The notes below the pieces were generated by a model, which saw only the letters and a program-made list of their open reading frames with translations, searched no databases and was not told the DNA's origin. Both the position numbers and the translations under genes were made by a program. Positions 21,463 through 33,480 of a DNA stretch of 41,217 nucleotides are shown in pieces (the stretch's first letter is position 1; each line of letters opens with the position of its first letter). The stretch is from Ascoidea asiatica JCM 7603 (Eukaryota > Fungi > Ascomycota). The stretch lies in the NCBI GenBank assembly GCA_001600695.1, contig BCKQ01000019.1:231665-272881 (forward strand), given 5' to 3'.

Positions 21463-22537
21463 TGAATTTGGAAACATTTTTGTGGTGGAAACAGAAACAG
21501 AAAATAAGAAAACAAATAAAAAAAAACAATGAAAACAAAAAAAATGCTAAAATGTTAAAATTCTTAACAAAAATCAAATAAAACAAGTAAAATAAACAAA
21601 TTGAATAAGATAAACAAGTTGTGAAATCACCTTTTAATTCTTTTTTGCTAGAAAGTTATTCATCAATTAAACTATCATTAATCATTTTTATAATTATCAA
21701 TTTTTTATTTTATTATATTATATTTGAAATATCAAATTATTCAAATATAATCTGCATTTATAATCATCTTCAAAGCTCTTGTGATTATTATAAGTTTTGT
21801 TCTTTTGTTAATTCTGTATCCTAGATTTAATAATAAATTCTAATATTACAATTCAATCTATATCTCCAGTGATTAATTACAAAATTCTCATTGTTACTTA
21901 AGTTAATAAAAAAATTTCATTTTCATTTCATTGTTATTTCATCTTTAATTTAAATTTAAATTTTATTCCAGGAACATTTATCTATTTTATAAACTTTATA
22001 AACTTTAGAATTCAATTAAAATATTATAAATTTTTCTTTTTAGTTTTCAAACCTCAATAATTAACTTCCTTTTTGTTGTTGTTGTTGTTTCCTTTTGTTT
22101 ACTTTATTCTATTTTCATCCACTTATTTATTTATTTACTTATTTCTCTATTAATTTCTTAATCTTTATTAACCTACAAATAAAAATTTATTATATTACTC
22201 ACTTATATTATCTTTTTCATTATTTAATTTATTACTTGAATCATTTTATTTGATAATTTATTTATTAATCTTTTCTTTTTATATTTTTTATTTTATTTAA
22301 TTCTATTCAATTTACAATTAATGTTTAATCAATTCAATTTCATATAATATCAAAATTTTTATTCAATTTATTAATCCAACTTTTTTTCATAGAATTTAAA
22401 AATAATATTTATATAAATCAATTCAAAAGTTAAATTTTTTATTCAAAACTTATATTCTATGAAAATAATATCATTCATTATTTAAAATCATCTGTTTCAA
22501 AAAAATTTATTTTCTTTAACTCATTCTTTTTTTCAAA

Positions 22538-22878
22538 ATGCCAGAACAAATCTTTGATGAAAATTTAATCAATTCAAATATAAGGTTAAATAAATTGAAA
22601 ATAAACTCAAGTCAGAATCAAAATCAAATTCAAATTCAAAATAAAACTCAAATTAAATCTCAATCTATATCTCAATCTCAAATTCAAATTCAATCAATTG
22701 CTCAAAATAATTCACATAATTTATCACATCAAAGACTTTCAAGAAGAAATGCTTTATCAAATCTTTCAAATAACAATACAACTAGTAATCATACTCATTT
22801 AAATAAAAAATCTCATATTATAAAACCTTCAATAGTTATACCTAAACAATCAATATATAAATTTTCAAATACTAATAC

Positions 22879-22925
<47 letters not shown>

Positions 22926-24181
22926 TCAAAACCAATTCAAATTTATCAACTATATCTAATGTTTCAAGTAATATAACTACATCTACTATAAATAGTGCGA
23001 ATAATTCAATTAAAAATGAAAATATAAGAATACCAAGAAAATCAAATTTGGATAATTCAGTAAGAAATGAAAAAACAAGATTATCAATTAAAAGAAGATA
23101 TGAAGAATCTATAAATGGTCTGTCTCGATTACAATCAAATGATAATCATAATAGTCATAATAATAATAATAGTAATCATAATAATGGTATATTAATAAGA
23201 AATCAAAATGAAAATATAAATGAAGGTCAATATGAAAACTTTGATAGTAATAACAATAATAATAATAAATTATTTGGTAATGGAATATTTAATAGTTTTA
23301 AAAAAGCAAGAATTGATTATTCTTGGGATGATTTAGATTCAACTGATATTGGAGATCCATTAATGGTTTGTGAATATGTTGTTGAAATATTTGAATATTT
23401 AAGTGTATTAGAAAGAAAAACATTACCAGATTCTACATATTTAATGTGGCAAAGTAATTTGAAACCAAGAATGAGATCTATAATTGTTGATTGGATGGTT
23501 GAAGTTCATTTAAGATTTGGATTATTTCCAGAAACTTTATATATTGCAATAAATTTAATGGATAGATTTTTAAGTAAAGAAATTATTGATGTTGATAAAT
23601 TTCAATTATTAGCTACAAGTTCATTATTTATTGCAGCTAAATATCAAGAAATTTGTTCACCGTCAGTTAAAAACTTTGCATATGTTACAGATGGTGGATT
23701 TACGGAAGAAGATATTTTAACAGCAGAAAATGTTGTTTTAGAAGTTTTAAAATTTGATTTATCGTATCCAAATCCATTTGATTTTCTTAGAAGAATTTCA
23801 AAAGCAGATGATTATGATGTTCAAACAAGAACTTTAGGTAAATATCTATTAGAAATTTCAATTATTGATCATAAATTTATTGGATTAAAACCAAGTTTAT
23901 GTGCAGCAAGTGCAATGTATGTATCAAGAAAAATTCTTAATAGAGGAGATTGGAATGGAAATTTAATACATTATTCAGGAGGTTATAAAGAAAAGGATAT
24001 GGCACATGTTTGTGAAATGATTCATGAATATTTAATTTCACCAATTATACATGAAGAGTTTTTTAAGAAATATGCTTCAAAGAAATTTATGAAAGCTTCA
24101 TTATTAGCAAGAAATTGGGGTAAAAGATTAGCAAAATCAGGTAAAGATATAATGGATAATCTTGAAAATTTTCAGTTGTAA
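22538..24181 (+). CDS. B-type cyclin (Clb2 family), copy 1
   Basis: D-box RNALSNLSN; cyclin box MRSIIVDW, PETLY, DRFLS, FLRRISKADDYD, HYSGGY, KKYAS. Confidence 0.95.
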
Positions 24182-25198
24182 AGATAATTAAAATTTATTG
24201 CTAATAATTTCTTTTTTTTCTTTTAAATTACTTTGCAAAGATTTTGCTAATTAAAATGAATAGTTTTTTACTAAATTTATTACTTTTTTATTTTTTTATT
24301 TCAAATTTTATTTCAAATTTTTTTTCAAATTTAATTTGTATACCCTTTTTGCTAATTTCATTTCATTTATTTGATTGTTTTATTAAGAAAACTTTAAATT
24401 TTTGTTTATAACTTAATTCTCTTTATTTTTTATTTATATTTATTTAAATTCAAAACTTCTTAAGTGCTTCTTCATTTGTTATTTGATTTTTTTCCTTTGT
24501 TATTATTATTATTATTTTTTCCTTTTACTTTTTTTCTCTTTTCGCTTAACTTTTTATTTTTTTTTTTATTTTTATTTTTTAATACCATTTCCTACAAACT
24601 GCAAATTATAGTGTAATAGAAAGAATTGATTGCAATGCTATCAAAATTATCAATTTTAAAATACAGATATTAATATTTCGTGAGGTACACAAACTCAGAG
24701 CTTATTTATTAATTTCAACGAAAAAATAAAAAAAAAATAAGGATTTGTAGGGGTTCCGTGTGATGTACCCGGAGGTAAAAAATCAACCATAAAACGTTAT
24801 TATATGTAGGAGTCACATCTTAGGGGGTAAGTACATAACATAACACAATAGTACTGACATAAAATGCAAAAAACCTCCGTTGAAATAGCCAAGCATGATC
24901 TAGCGTTTGAGGCTTAAAAAAACCATAATTTTAGTTTATCCAATCAAATAAAAATAATCTGGTAGTTTGACAAGGATGGTTGCATGAAAAATAATTGAAT
25001 TACTTCTTTAATTAATTTACTGTGACAATTTGACTATTAAAGAAGAAACTATATTTAAACTTGCGTCTACTACGCCACACACGGAGAAGCTTTGAAAGGT
25101 TAGTGGCTATTTATTTGCGGCTGCATCTTTACGGCTGCGTTTCTGAATTGCGTTCCATGAACTATCAAAATATTTCCAAATTTCAACGGTGAGATGTC

Positions 25199-25256
25199 TG
25201 TTTACGGCGTTGTTTACTAAAAGTGAGGTTTTTGTTTACCTTTTTCCTAATACAGC
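25199..25256 (-). promoter_or_regulatory. Forkhead triplet plus composite Mcm1-Fkh (CLB2-cluster) element
   Basis: TGTTTAC at 25199, 25211 and 25233. The reverse strand of 25231-25256 reads GCTGTATTAGGAAAAAGGTAAACAAA. Confidence 0.7.
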
Positions 25257-26264
25257 CACACCCTTGCAGCATCTCAACTGGGAGGAAATCCGTAGCAACG
25301 GAACCGCGCACCAGCTTCTTTTGCGTGGCAGATCTCCGGTTCTGCGCTCGACTAGATGCTCGTGCGCAATTCCTCCACTCCTTTCTTGTTTCTGCGCGCT
25401 TCAATTCCTGCTCTGCAAGAATTTCCAGTGCTAAAAAAGTCGCTGGCGTGCGCAGTGACAATTTGTGATTGTGATTTCTGCTTCTGGAAATGGTGAAATT
25501 GCTTGTTGAAATTGCAGAGTGAAATCGCATAGTGAAATCTCAAAATATATTACCAGTCAATTCACTCTTTATTCACTGTTTATTTCTGTTTATATTCTGA
25601 TTTGTCTGTATTTTCTTTATATTTCCTTTATTTGTTCGATTTCTATTCAATATTTATTTATTTATTTATTTATTCATTTGTTTATTTGTTATTCATTGAT
25701 CTTCTTTTGATCTTCTTTTGAATCTTTCTTGGGTTTTATTTCCAATATCATCATCATTATCATCTTTATTACCATCTTTATTTCAACTATTTAGCTCACT
25801 TTTAGCTATTTTCTTATTTCATTTCGAAATACTTAATACAATCAATACTTAATCTCTATTTATATTCCATAAATATTTATAAGATCTATACATTTTCTGC
25901 TTTATTCAATTTTAACTATCTATAAACAAGCTACAAATATTCCTTATTCCTTATTCATTATTCATTTTTAATTATTCTTTCAAACACTTTTTCAATATAT
26001 TCAATTCCGATTCATTTTTACTAAATATCAATAACCCTACAAATTTTTACCAATTTTTAAAATTATTTTATTATATTCATATATTTTTATCATTTATCAT
26101 CTCTTTTTTTCAAAATCAATTCATATTAATATTCTAAATAATATTATTGAGAATTTTATTTGATTATATATATATTTTTATATATATCTCCTTTAGCTAG
26201 TATCAATAATCCTATTATTCACTCTTTCTTTCATTCATTCAATCAATCAAACAATCAATCACTT

Positions 26265-26295
<31 letters not shown>

Positions 26296-26324
26296 TTTCA
26301 TAATTCACAATTCACTCTTTCAAA

Positions 26325-27893
26325 ATGGCACCAAGAAAATCTCATTCTAATTTAGCTTCAAAAAATATATTAATTTCTTCAAATTTAAATCCAAATTCAA
26401 ATTCAACTTCAAAATTAAATAATCAAAGTAATTCAATTACAAAATCAATTTCAAATTCAATTACAAATAATAAAATATCTTCAATAAAAAAATTAAATAA
26501 TAATAAATCTTTAAAAATTAATAATATTTTAAATTCAATCTCAATTGCAAATTCAAATTCAAATTCTGATAATATTAAAAAAATTGATGAAAATTCAATT
26601 GAAAAAAATATTAGAATTACAAGATCAAAAACAAATTTAATTAATCAACAATTATTAAATAATTTAAAGAAAAAAAAAAGAAATGCATTATCTGATTTAA
26701 CAAATAATCAAAATAATCAAAATATTAATATAACTACTAATAATACTACTACTAATACTATCAATAATAATAATAATAATGTTATAAATAAAAATAATTT
26801 TCAAATTAAAAAAGATAAAAAATTAAAAGAAAATAGTCATCTGTTTAATAAAGTTTCTTCTTTAACTGCAAAATTAATACAAGCCAAACTGTCTCCTTCT
26901 TCTTCTGATCAAGAAGATAATAATAATACCAATACCAATGTCAATACAAATCTTAACAATAATCAATATAGATTACAACTAAATAATACTAATAATAAAA
27001 ATATAATACCCAATACCATTAAAAGAAAATTTATTCATGATGATTTAGATAAAGAAGATATCGATGACCCATTAATGGTAGCTGAATATGCTAATGATAT
27101 ATTTAAATATATTTATGATTTAGAATCAAAAACTTTACCAAAAAAAGATTATATTGAAAATCAACCAATGTTAAATCCAAGAATGAGATCAATGGTTGTG
27201 GATTGGATGGTACAAATTCATTTAAAATTTAGATTATTACCTGAAACTTTATTTATTGCAATAAATTTAATGGATAGATTTTTATCTATACAAAAAATTG
27301 ATTTAAATAAATTTCCATTATTAGCTGGTACTTCTTTATTTATATCTGCAAAATATCAAGAAGTTTATATACCTTCAATAAAACATTTTGCAAATGAATT
27401 AGATGGTTTTGAAACTAATGATATTATTGAAGCTGAAAAAATAATTTTAAAAGCTTTAGGTTTTAATATGTCTTATACAAATCCATTAGAATTTTTAAGA
27501 AGAATTTCAAAAGCTGATGATTATGATATACAATCAAGAACTTTAGCTAAATATTTATTAGAAATTTCTTCAATTGATCATCATTTCTTAGGTTTAAAAC
27601 CAAGTTTATGTGCTGCGAGTGCAATGTTTTTATCAAGAAAAATTTTAAATAAAGGTAAATGGAATAATAATTTAATTCATTATTCTGGTGGTTATACTAA
27701 ATTTCAATTATCTGATACTTGTCAATTAATTTATCAATATTTAATTTCTCCAATTATACATCAAGGTTTTTTTAGAAAATATGCTTCAAAAAGATTTATG
27801 AAAGCTTCTTTATTATCAAGACAATGGGCTAAAAATTTAACTTTACAAGGTGAAGATTTAATGAATGATGAATATGATGAAAGTTTGCAGTAG
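26325..27893 (+). CDS. CLB2: B-type mitotic cyclin (Clb1/Clb2-like), copy 2
   Basis: D-box RNALSDLTN; cyclin box with Clb2-like VY.PSIKHFA.E.DG, DIQSRTLAK, KGKW..NLIHYSGGYT. An Mcm1-Fkh element lies upstream. Confidence 0.85.
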   Translation: MAPRKSHSNLASKNILISSNLNPNSNSTSKLNNQSNSITKSISNSITNNKISSIKKLNNNKSLKINNILNSISIANSNSNSDNIKKIDENSIEKNIRITRSKTNLINQQLLNNLKKKKRNALSDLTNNQNNQNINITTNNTTTNTINNNNNNVINKNNFQIKKDKKLKENSHLFNKVSSLTAKLIQAKLSPSSSDQEDNNNTNTNVNTNLNNNQYRLQLNNTNNKNIIPNTIKRKFIHDDLDKEDIDDPLMVAEYANDIFKYIYDLESKTLPKKDYIENQPMLNPRMRSMVVDWMVQIHLKFRLLPETLFIAINLMDRFLSIQKIDLNKFPLLAGTSLFISAKYQEVYIPSIKHFANELDGFETNDIIEAEKIILKALGFNMSYTNPLEFLRRISKADDYDIQSRTLAKYLLEISSIDHHFLGLKPSLCAASAMFLSRKILNKGKWNNNLIHYSGGYTKFQLSDTCQLIYQYLISPIIHQGFFRKYASKRFMKASLLSRQWAKNLTLQGEDLMNDEYDESLQ

Positions 27894-28741
27894 TATAATT
27901 TTACAATTTTTAATTTTTAATGCTTAATTTTTAATTTTTAATCGTTTATATCACTATAACATATAATTTTTAATGTCTAATTTATAAATTTATCTTTTGT
28001 CATTTATCATTTATCATTTATTAATCATTATTTATCATTCTACATTTTTTTATATCATTTCTTACATCTCATTTCTTACATTTTTATTTATCACTTTTAA
28101 TCTCTCTTCACTTTTCTATCTTTACTCTATTCTCTCTTTAGCTTCTTATGTCTAATGTATAAAATTTGAAACAGTTAATATATTCTATAAAAATTTTGCC
28201 TTTCCTTATTCTAATTTTAACTTTTTTATATAATTCTTTTCATTTCTTTATTTTTTATGTCTTATATTTATATTACTTTTTTAATCTTGCTTTACTTCTC
28301 TTCTTTTTTTTAATTTTTCTTCTTTAGAAACTTTTGGCTATTGATTTAATTATTTTTTTTTGCTAACTATTTATCTATATTTGATTTTTTTCTATTTTTT
28401 TTTTCAATTTTTTTTAATCAAAGGTATTAACATTATACTCGTCTTCAATTACGATGAGAAAAAGGAAAATTAACCAGGAATTATATAATAGTATATACAT
28501 GTATATTATATAGAACATTAATTAAATTACCAGTATTTTAAATTGTCATTAGAAAAAGAAAACTTCTATGGTTAAAATATAATAATTGAGAGAAGATTTT
28601 CTTTAAAAATAAGATTTATAAAAATTATTTGAATAAAGTATTATCTAATAAATCAGAATCAAAGAAAGAATAAGTAAATTTTAAGAAAGAAATAAATGAG
28701 AAAGAGTGTCACCAAAATTATAAACAAACCTTAAAGTTCTT

Positions 28742-31700
28742 CTATCCTAAAATTGAAGAAGATATATCACTTTTTGAACGAGAAATACTCTTGTTACTTG
28801 GAAGTGGAAGTGTAACTATTTTTTCATCATTCTTATTCTCATTGTCAGTAAAAGTGTCACTTGAAGAAAGAATAGAAGGTTGTTTAGCATTTAAACCAGG
28901 AACTTCAAGAACTTCAACCATTGATTTTCCCTTTTTACCTTCAGTTTCATTATTCAAAACAGAAGATGAAATAGATTCAGAGTCATCATCATCATCGTCA
29001 TCATTATTTTTTTTCTTTAAAAATTGAAAAGTCATATAATATAATATACAATTCACTAATTTTGAAGGAAATATTGCTAAAACCCATTCATCAGGAATAA
29101 TTCTAATTAAAGCACCAGCCGGAATTGAAACCATTCCACAAATTATAGCAGTTGCCCACATTGGTCCAGTTTGTCTTGTAATTGAAAAAGCTTGACCACC
29201 AACAAACATAATTAAGATTTGGACACCACCAATCATTAAAGCAATAGCTACAAAATACAAATTTCTTGATAAATCTTGAAAGAAATTTAAATTTCTTAAA
29301 GTAATTCTATCTTTAACATTGGAAATTCCATCAGCTTCATTTAATTTTCTAGTTACAAATAATTTCCAAAGTTGTAACCAAACAAAAGCATTAAAAGTCA
29401 TTGAAGCCAATTGATCTTTTTGATGAGATGTTGCACCTTTGGAACCATAAAAGATTTTTTCACCACCAAAATGAAGAACAAAAGTTACAATTAATTGAGT
29501 TGTTGATTGACCAAGAATCATTTTCCAAGTGGAAGGAGAAACTAATGGAGCTTTTCTACCATCTGGTTTTGTTTTTAAAATTTCAGGATCTGGTTTATCA
29601 GTTGCTAAAGCTAAAGCAGCTAAAGTATCCATAATCAAATTAACCCATAATAATTGAACAGCAGTAAGAACAGAAGTACCTTCACTTGAAGCAACTGCAG
29701 ATACGAAAGTTAAAATAACAGCAGTGATATTTACAGTTAATTGAAATTGAATAAACTTTTTAATTGAAATTGAAACACATCTACCCCATTTAATGGCAAA
29801 AACAATAGCACTAAAATCATCTTTCATTAAAATAATATCAGAAGCTTCTCTTGCAACTTCAGTACCAGAATTACCCATTGAAAACCCAACATCAGCTAAT
29901 CTTAAAGCAGGAGCATCATTTGTACCATCACCAGTTACAGCTACAACTTCTTTCATAGCTTTTAAATTTTCAACTAAAATTCTTTTATCTTCAGGTGAAG
30001 ATCTTGCAAGAACTTTTAAATTTGGAATTATTCTTCTCATTTCAACTTTACTTAATTGTCTAAAAGTTGGACCTTCCATACAACATAATGGATCCTGTAA
30101 AGATTTTGGATTCAAAATTCCACAATTTAAAGCAATCGATTTTGCAGTTAAAATATTATCACCAGTTACCATTCTAACAGTAACACCGGCTGATTCAGAA
30201 TCAGCAACAGCTTTTGCAACACCAGCTCTTAAGGGATCTTGAATTCCTACCAAAGAATCAAAAGTTAAACAATTATTTTTCAATGATTTACTTTGATCAT
30301 CTTCAATTGTTATCATTGGAATTGATTCATCTCTAACAATTTGACTTTCAACACCAGAATCACCACAGTCATCAGCACTTGAAGAGAAACTCTGAAACAA
30401 ATCTGGAGAAACATCAGTTCCAACTTCCTCCATTAACTCTGGACTTGGTGGCCATGAATTGTAGTTTTTATGAGCTAAAACCAAAGTTCTTAAAGCATTT
30501 TTTGCATAAAATTCAATTTTTGCGGAAATCTCCTCACTTCCGGCGGCTGTAAGCGTAATCTCATCTCCGGATCCGGAAAGGGAGCGTCCGCAACGACCAA
30601 GCACAATTTCCGCTGCACCCTTAACATAAAATGAAAAAGTTTGGTTTGTGTTTTCAACAACAACTCCAGCCCATTTTCTTGAACTCTCAAAAGGAATAAC
30701 TTGAACAATTTTTTTAACTTGTAAAAGAGAAAGATTTTGACGAAGAGATGTTAAACTTTTGGAATTTTTCATTTCAAACATATCTTCAGCCATTAACATT
30801 AATGCTGTTTCAGTTTTGGAACCAAGATATTTTTCTCTAAGTGGTTTAAATTTAGGAACATCTGAAAGAAATTTGCTTGACCAAAATTTTTTTTTTTTAT
30901 CTTTTTGAGGATTTTCAATTGCTTCTTGATCATATTCTTCTTCTGTAACTGGATTTTCAAATGCTGTTGAATTTAAACAAATATTTGTTAAGACTCTTTC
31001 AGTTACAATTGGAGAAAGTAAAGGTTTAATAGTTTCTGAAGTTTCAAATACTGGGGCTGATTTTTCTTTTTCAATAATATTAAGATTTGAATTTTCAAGA
31101 TTTTGATCATCTAATGAATGATTATTATTTGTATTATTAAATTCATTTGAACCAATAATTGCTCTAACAACTTTCATTTTATTTTCTGTTAAAGTACCAG
31201 TTTTATCAGAACAAATTGCAGTTGCACCACCCATTGTTTCACAAGCTTTTAAAACACGAACAAGATTACCATCATTTGCCATTCTTGTTGTTGCAAATGC
31301 TAAAGCAACAGTGACAGCTAAAGGTAAACCTTCTGGAACTGCAACAACAATAAGTGCAACTGCAGTTATAAAACTATCTAAAACTTTTGTACCTCTTTCA
31401 GTTCCACTTAAATCATAATATGCACCACCTTTTTTTAATTCAACACCAAATTTTATTATTAAAACAATAAATAATATAAAACCAGCAATAATTGCAAATA
31501 TATTAATATTATTAGCTAAATGATCTAATCTTACAGTTAATGGAGTTGGTTCTGGTTCTTCTTTTAAAAACATCATAGCTTTACCATGCATTGAATTTGT
31601 TCCAACACTTGTAACAATTCCATGACCTAAACCAGATAAAATTCTTGTACCAGAAATTAAAAATGGATCAATAATTTTTAAATTATTTTCTGATTGATCT

Positions 31701-32485
31701 AAAGTAAAATCCATTGGATTTTTTTTTAAAGTATCAGATTCTCCAGTTATATTACTTTCATCAATTTCTAAATTTCCATCAATTAAAATTGCATCTGCAG
31801 GTAAAACATCACCAGTTTGTAAAGAAATTAAATCTCCAACTAAAATATCATAAATTGAAACATAAATTTCAATACCATTTCTTATAACTATAATATCTCT
31901 ATCTTGTTTTTTAGCATTTAATTGAGAAAATTTTTTTTCTTTATCATAATCATTTGTTGCACCAACTAAAATTACAATTGTAACTGCAACTAAAATTGCA
32001 ACACCTTCAATCCATTGAACTCTTGGAATTTCTTTACCTTGAGAATCATATTCTTTTTTACCATCATAAGTTTCATATAAACCTAAAGCTAAAGAAATTA
32101 TAGCTGCAATTGTTAAAATTATCATAATTTTATCTTGAGCAATTATTAAACATAATTTAAAAAAAGATTTTGGTTTTGTAACTGGAATCTTATTTGTACC
32201 ATATTTTGAGATTCTTTTTTGTTTTTGAATTTCTTCAATTTCATTTAAATCTAAACCAAATTTTTTATCAGTTTTTAAATTTTTATAAAAAAAATTATTA
32301 AAATCTTTTGAATTTGAAGCAATTGTTTTTTTGAAATTTGTTAAAGATTTTGGATCATGAAATGAATTTAATTCTTCAATTGAATATTTGAATTCATCAC
32401 TTCCATCATAATTTTGATTTTTAGAATTCAAACCAGTTTCTAAATCATCAGGAATTTTATTATTGTTTCCTTGAGAAGAACTCAT
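28742..32485 (-). CDS. PMC1: Vacuolar P2B-type Ca2+-ATPase
   Basis: TGES, VAVPEGLPLAV, DKTGTLT, KGAAE, VTGDN, GDGTNDAPAL, KFIQFQLTVN, WVNLIMDT. First ATG (MSSSQG) is at 32485; the ORF-track start at 32494 is TTG. Confidence 0.96.
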   Translation of the reverse strand: MSSSQGNNNKIPDDLETGLNSKNQNYDGSDEFKYSIEELNSFHDPKSLTNFKKTIASNSKDFNNFFYKNLKTDKKFGLDLNEIEEIQKQKRISKYGTNKIPVTKPKSFFKLCLIIAQDKIMIILTIAAIISLALGLYETYDGKKEYDSQGKEIPRVQWIEGVAILVAVTIVILVGATNDYDKEKKFSQLNAKKQDRDIIVIRNGIEIYVSIYDILVGDLISLQTGDVLPADAILIDGNLEIDESNITGESDTLKKNPMDFTLDQSENNLKIIDPFLISGTRILSGLGHGIVTSVGTNSMHGKAMMFLKEEPEPTPLTVRLDHLANNINIFAIIAGFILFIVLIIKFGVELKKGGAYYDLSGTERGTKVLDSFITAVALIVVAVPEGLPLAVTVALAFATTRMANDGNLVRVLKACETMGGATAICSDKTGTLTENKMKVVRAIIGSNEFNNTNNNHSLDDQNLENSNLNIIEKEKSAPVFETSETIKPLLSPIVTERVLTNICLNSTAFENPVTEEEYDQEAIENPQKDKKKKFWSSKFLSDVPKFKPLREKYLGSKTETALMLMAEDMFEMKNSKSLTSLRQNLSLLQVKKIVQVIPFESSRKWAGVVVENTNQTFSFYVKGAAEIVLGRCGRSLSGSGDEITLTAAGSEEISAKIEFYAKNALRTLVLAHKNYNSWPPSPELMEEVGTDVSPDLFQSFSSSADDCGDSGVESQIVRDESIPMITIEDDQSKSLKNNCLTFDSLVGIQDPLRAGVAKAVADSESAGVTVRMVTGDNILTAKSIALNCGILNPKSLQDPLCCMEGPTFRQLSKVEMRRIIPNLKVLARSSPEDKRILVENLKAMKEVVAVTGDGTNDAPALRLADVGFSMGNSGTEVAREASDIILMKDDFSAIVFAIKWGRCVSISIKKFIQFQLTVNITAVILTFVSAVASSEGTSVLTAVQLLWVNLIMDTLAALALATDKPDPEILKTKPDGRKAPLVSPSTWKMILGQSTTQLIVTFVLHFGGEKIFYGSKGATSHQKDQLASMTFNAFVWLQLWKLFVTRKLNEADGISNVKDRITLRNLNFFQDLSRNLYFVAIALMIGGVQILIMFVGGQAFSITRQTGPMWATAIICGMVSIPAGALIRIIPDEWVLAIFPSKLVNCILYYMTFQFLKKKNNDDDDDDDSESISSSVLNNETEGKKGKSMVEVLEVPGLNAKQPSILSSSDTFTDNENKNDEKIVTLPLPSNKSISRSKSDISSSILG

Positions 32486-33408
32486 TCTTATCAATCAGGT
32501 ATTCAGAACTTTCAAAAAAGGGGAACGAAACAAAAAGGGTTTAAAAAAAAAAGGATTAAACATTAAAACAATAAAAAGAACTGGAACAATAATTACTTAT
32601 ATAGGACAATGTTAGTACATTGTAACTTTTTTTGAATTCAAAAAACTACCTATACATGAAGGATATAAAATACAGTATATTGGCAATCTTTTTGATAATG
32701 CAAATGTTTATTATTTATATGTAACTTTTCATGGCTATGCTATTCTTTGTAATGATGATTATGACTTTGATTTTATTTAACAATTAAGATTTTGATTAGG
32801 ATTACGATAAAATATAATTCTATTTGATAAGTTTCAAATTAAATAATATATGCTGCTGTTTTTTTCATTTACCGATTTTCAAAAATTTTAAGTTTTCACC
32901 ATTTTTTGTATATTTTTGTATTTACTTTTTACCGAGAGAACAATTTAAGGAATTTCAGATCCGAAACAAACCAAAAAAAATCCAGTAAAAACGAAAATAA
33001 ATTGAAGAAAAACTTTTTTTTTAAGGTGAAAATATCAAGCAAAATGAAAGTTTTTAATAGAAAATTTTAATTAAATTATACTAGCATCATTTTAAAATTT
33101 TTTTTTTCTTAATATCTTTTTGATCTAAGAGGGTTTTCTAAAGGGCTCTGAAATATTAAACCCTTACATGATTGAAAAATAAAATAATCTAGCCAGCCGA
33201 GAAATGGCATATGAACGTTCAAAAGCCCAAAAATAGTAAACTGTAAGATTTTAACAAATAAATAAAATACAAGAAAAGGCATCAATGAGAATCAGTGATT
33301 GCCAACAAGTAAACTTTTAAAGAATAAACAGAAAAATATCAATTAAAAATAAACAATTGTAAAAAAAAATAAACTTAACAAAAATAAAAAAAAAAACAAA
33401 AGATCCAC

Positions 33409-33480
33409 TGCCTCTTACCAGAATCGAACTAGCGACCTTTGCATTACAAGTGCAACGCTCTACCACTAAGCTAAAGAGGC
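33409..33480 (-). tRNA. tRNA-Thr(UGU)
   Basis: Reverse strand GCCTCTTTAGCTTAGTGGTAGAGCGTTGCActTGTaaTGCAAAGGTCGCTAGTTCGATTCTGGTAAGAGGCA, with a perfect acceptor stem. Confidence 0.97.

Noticed and set aside
17762-25710. Short overlapping ORFs in GC-rich patches (17762-18080, 20799-21824, 25183-25710)
   Set aside because: No recognisable motifs, several non-ATG starts, open on both strands because of local GC. These regions carry promoter motifs instead.
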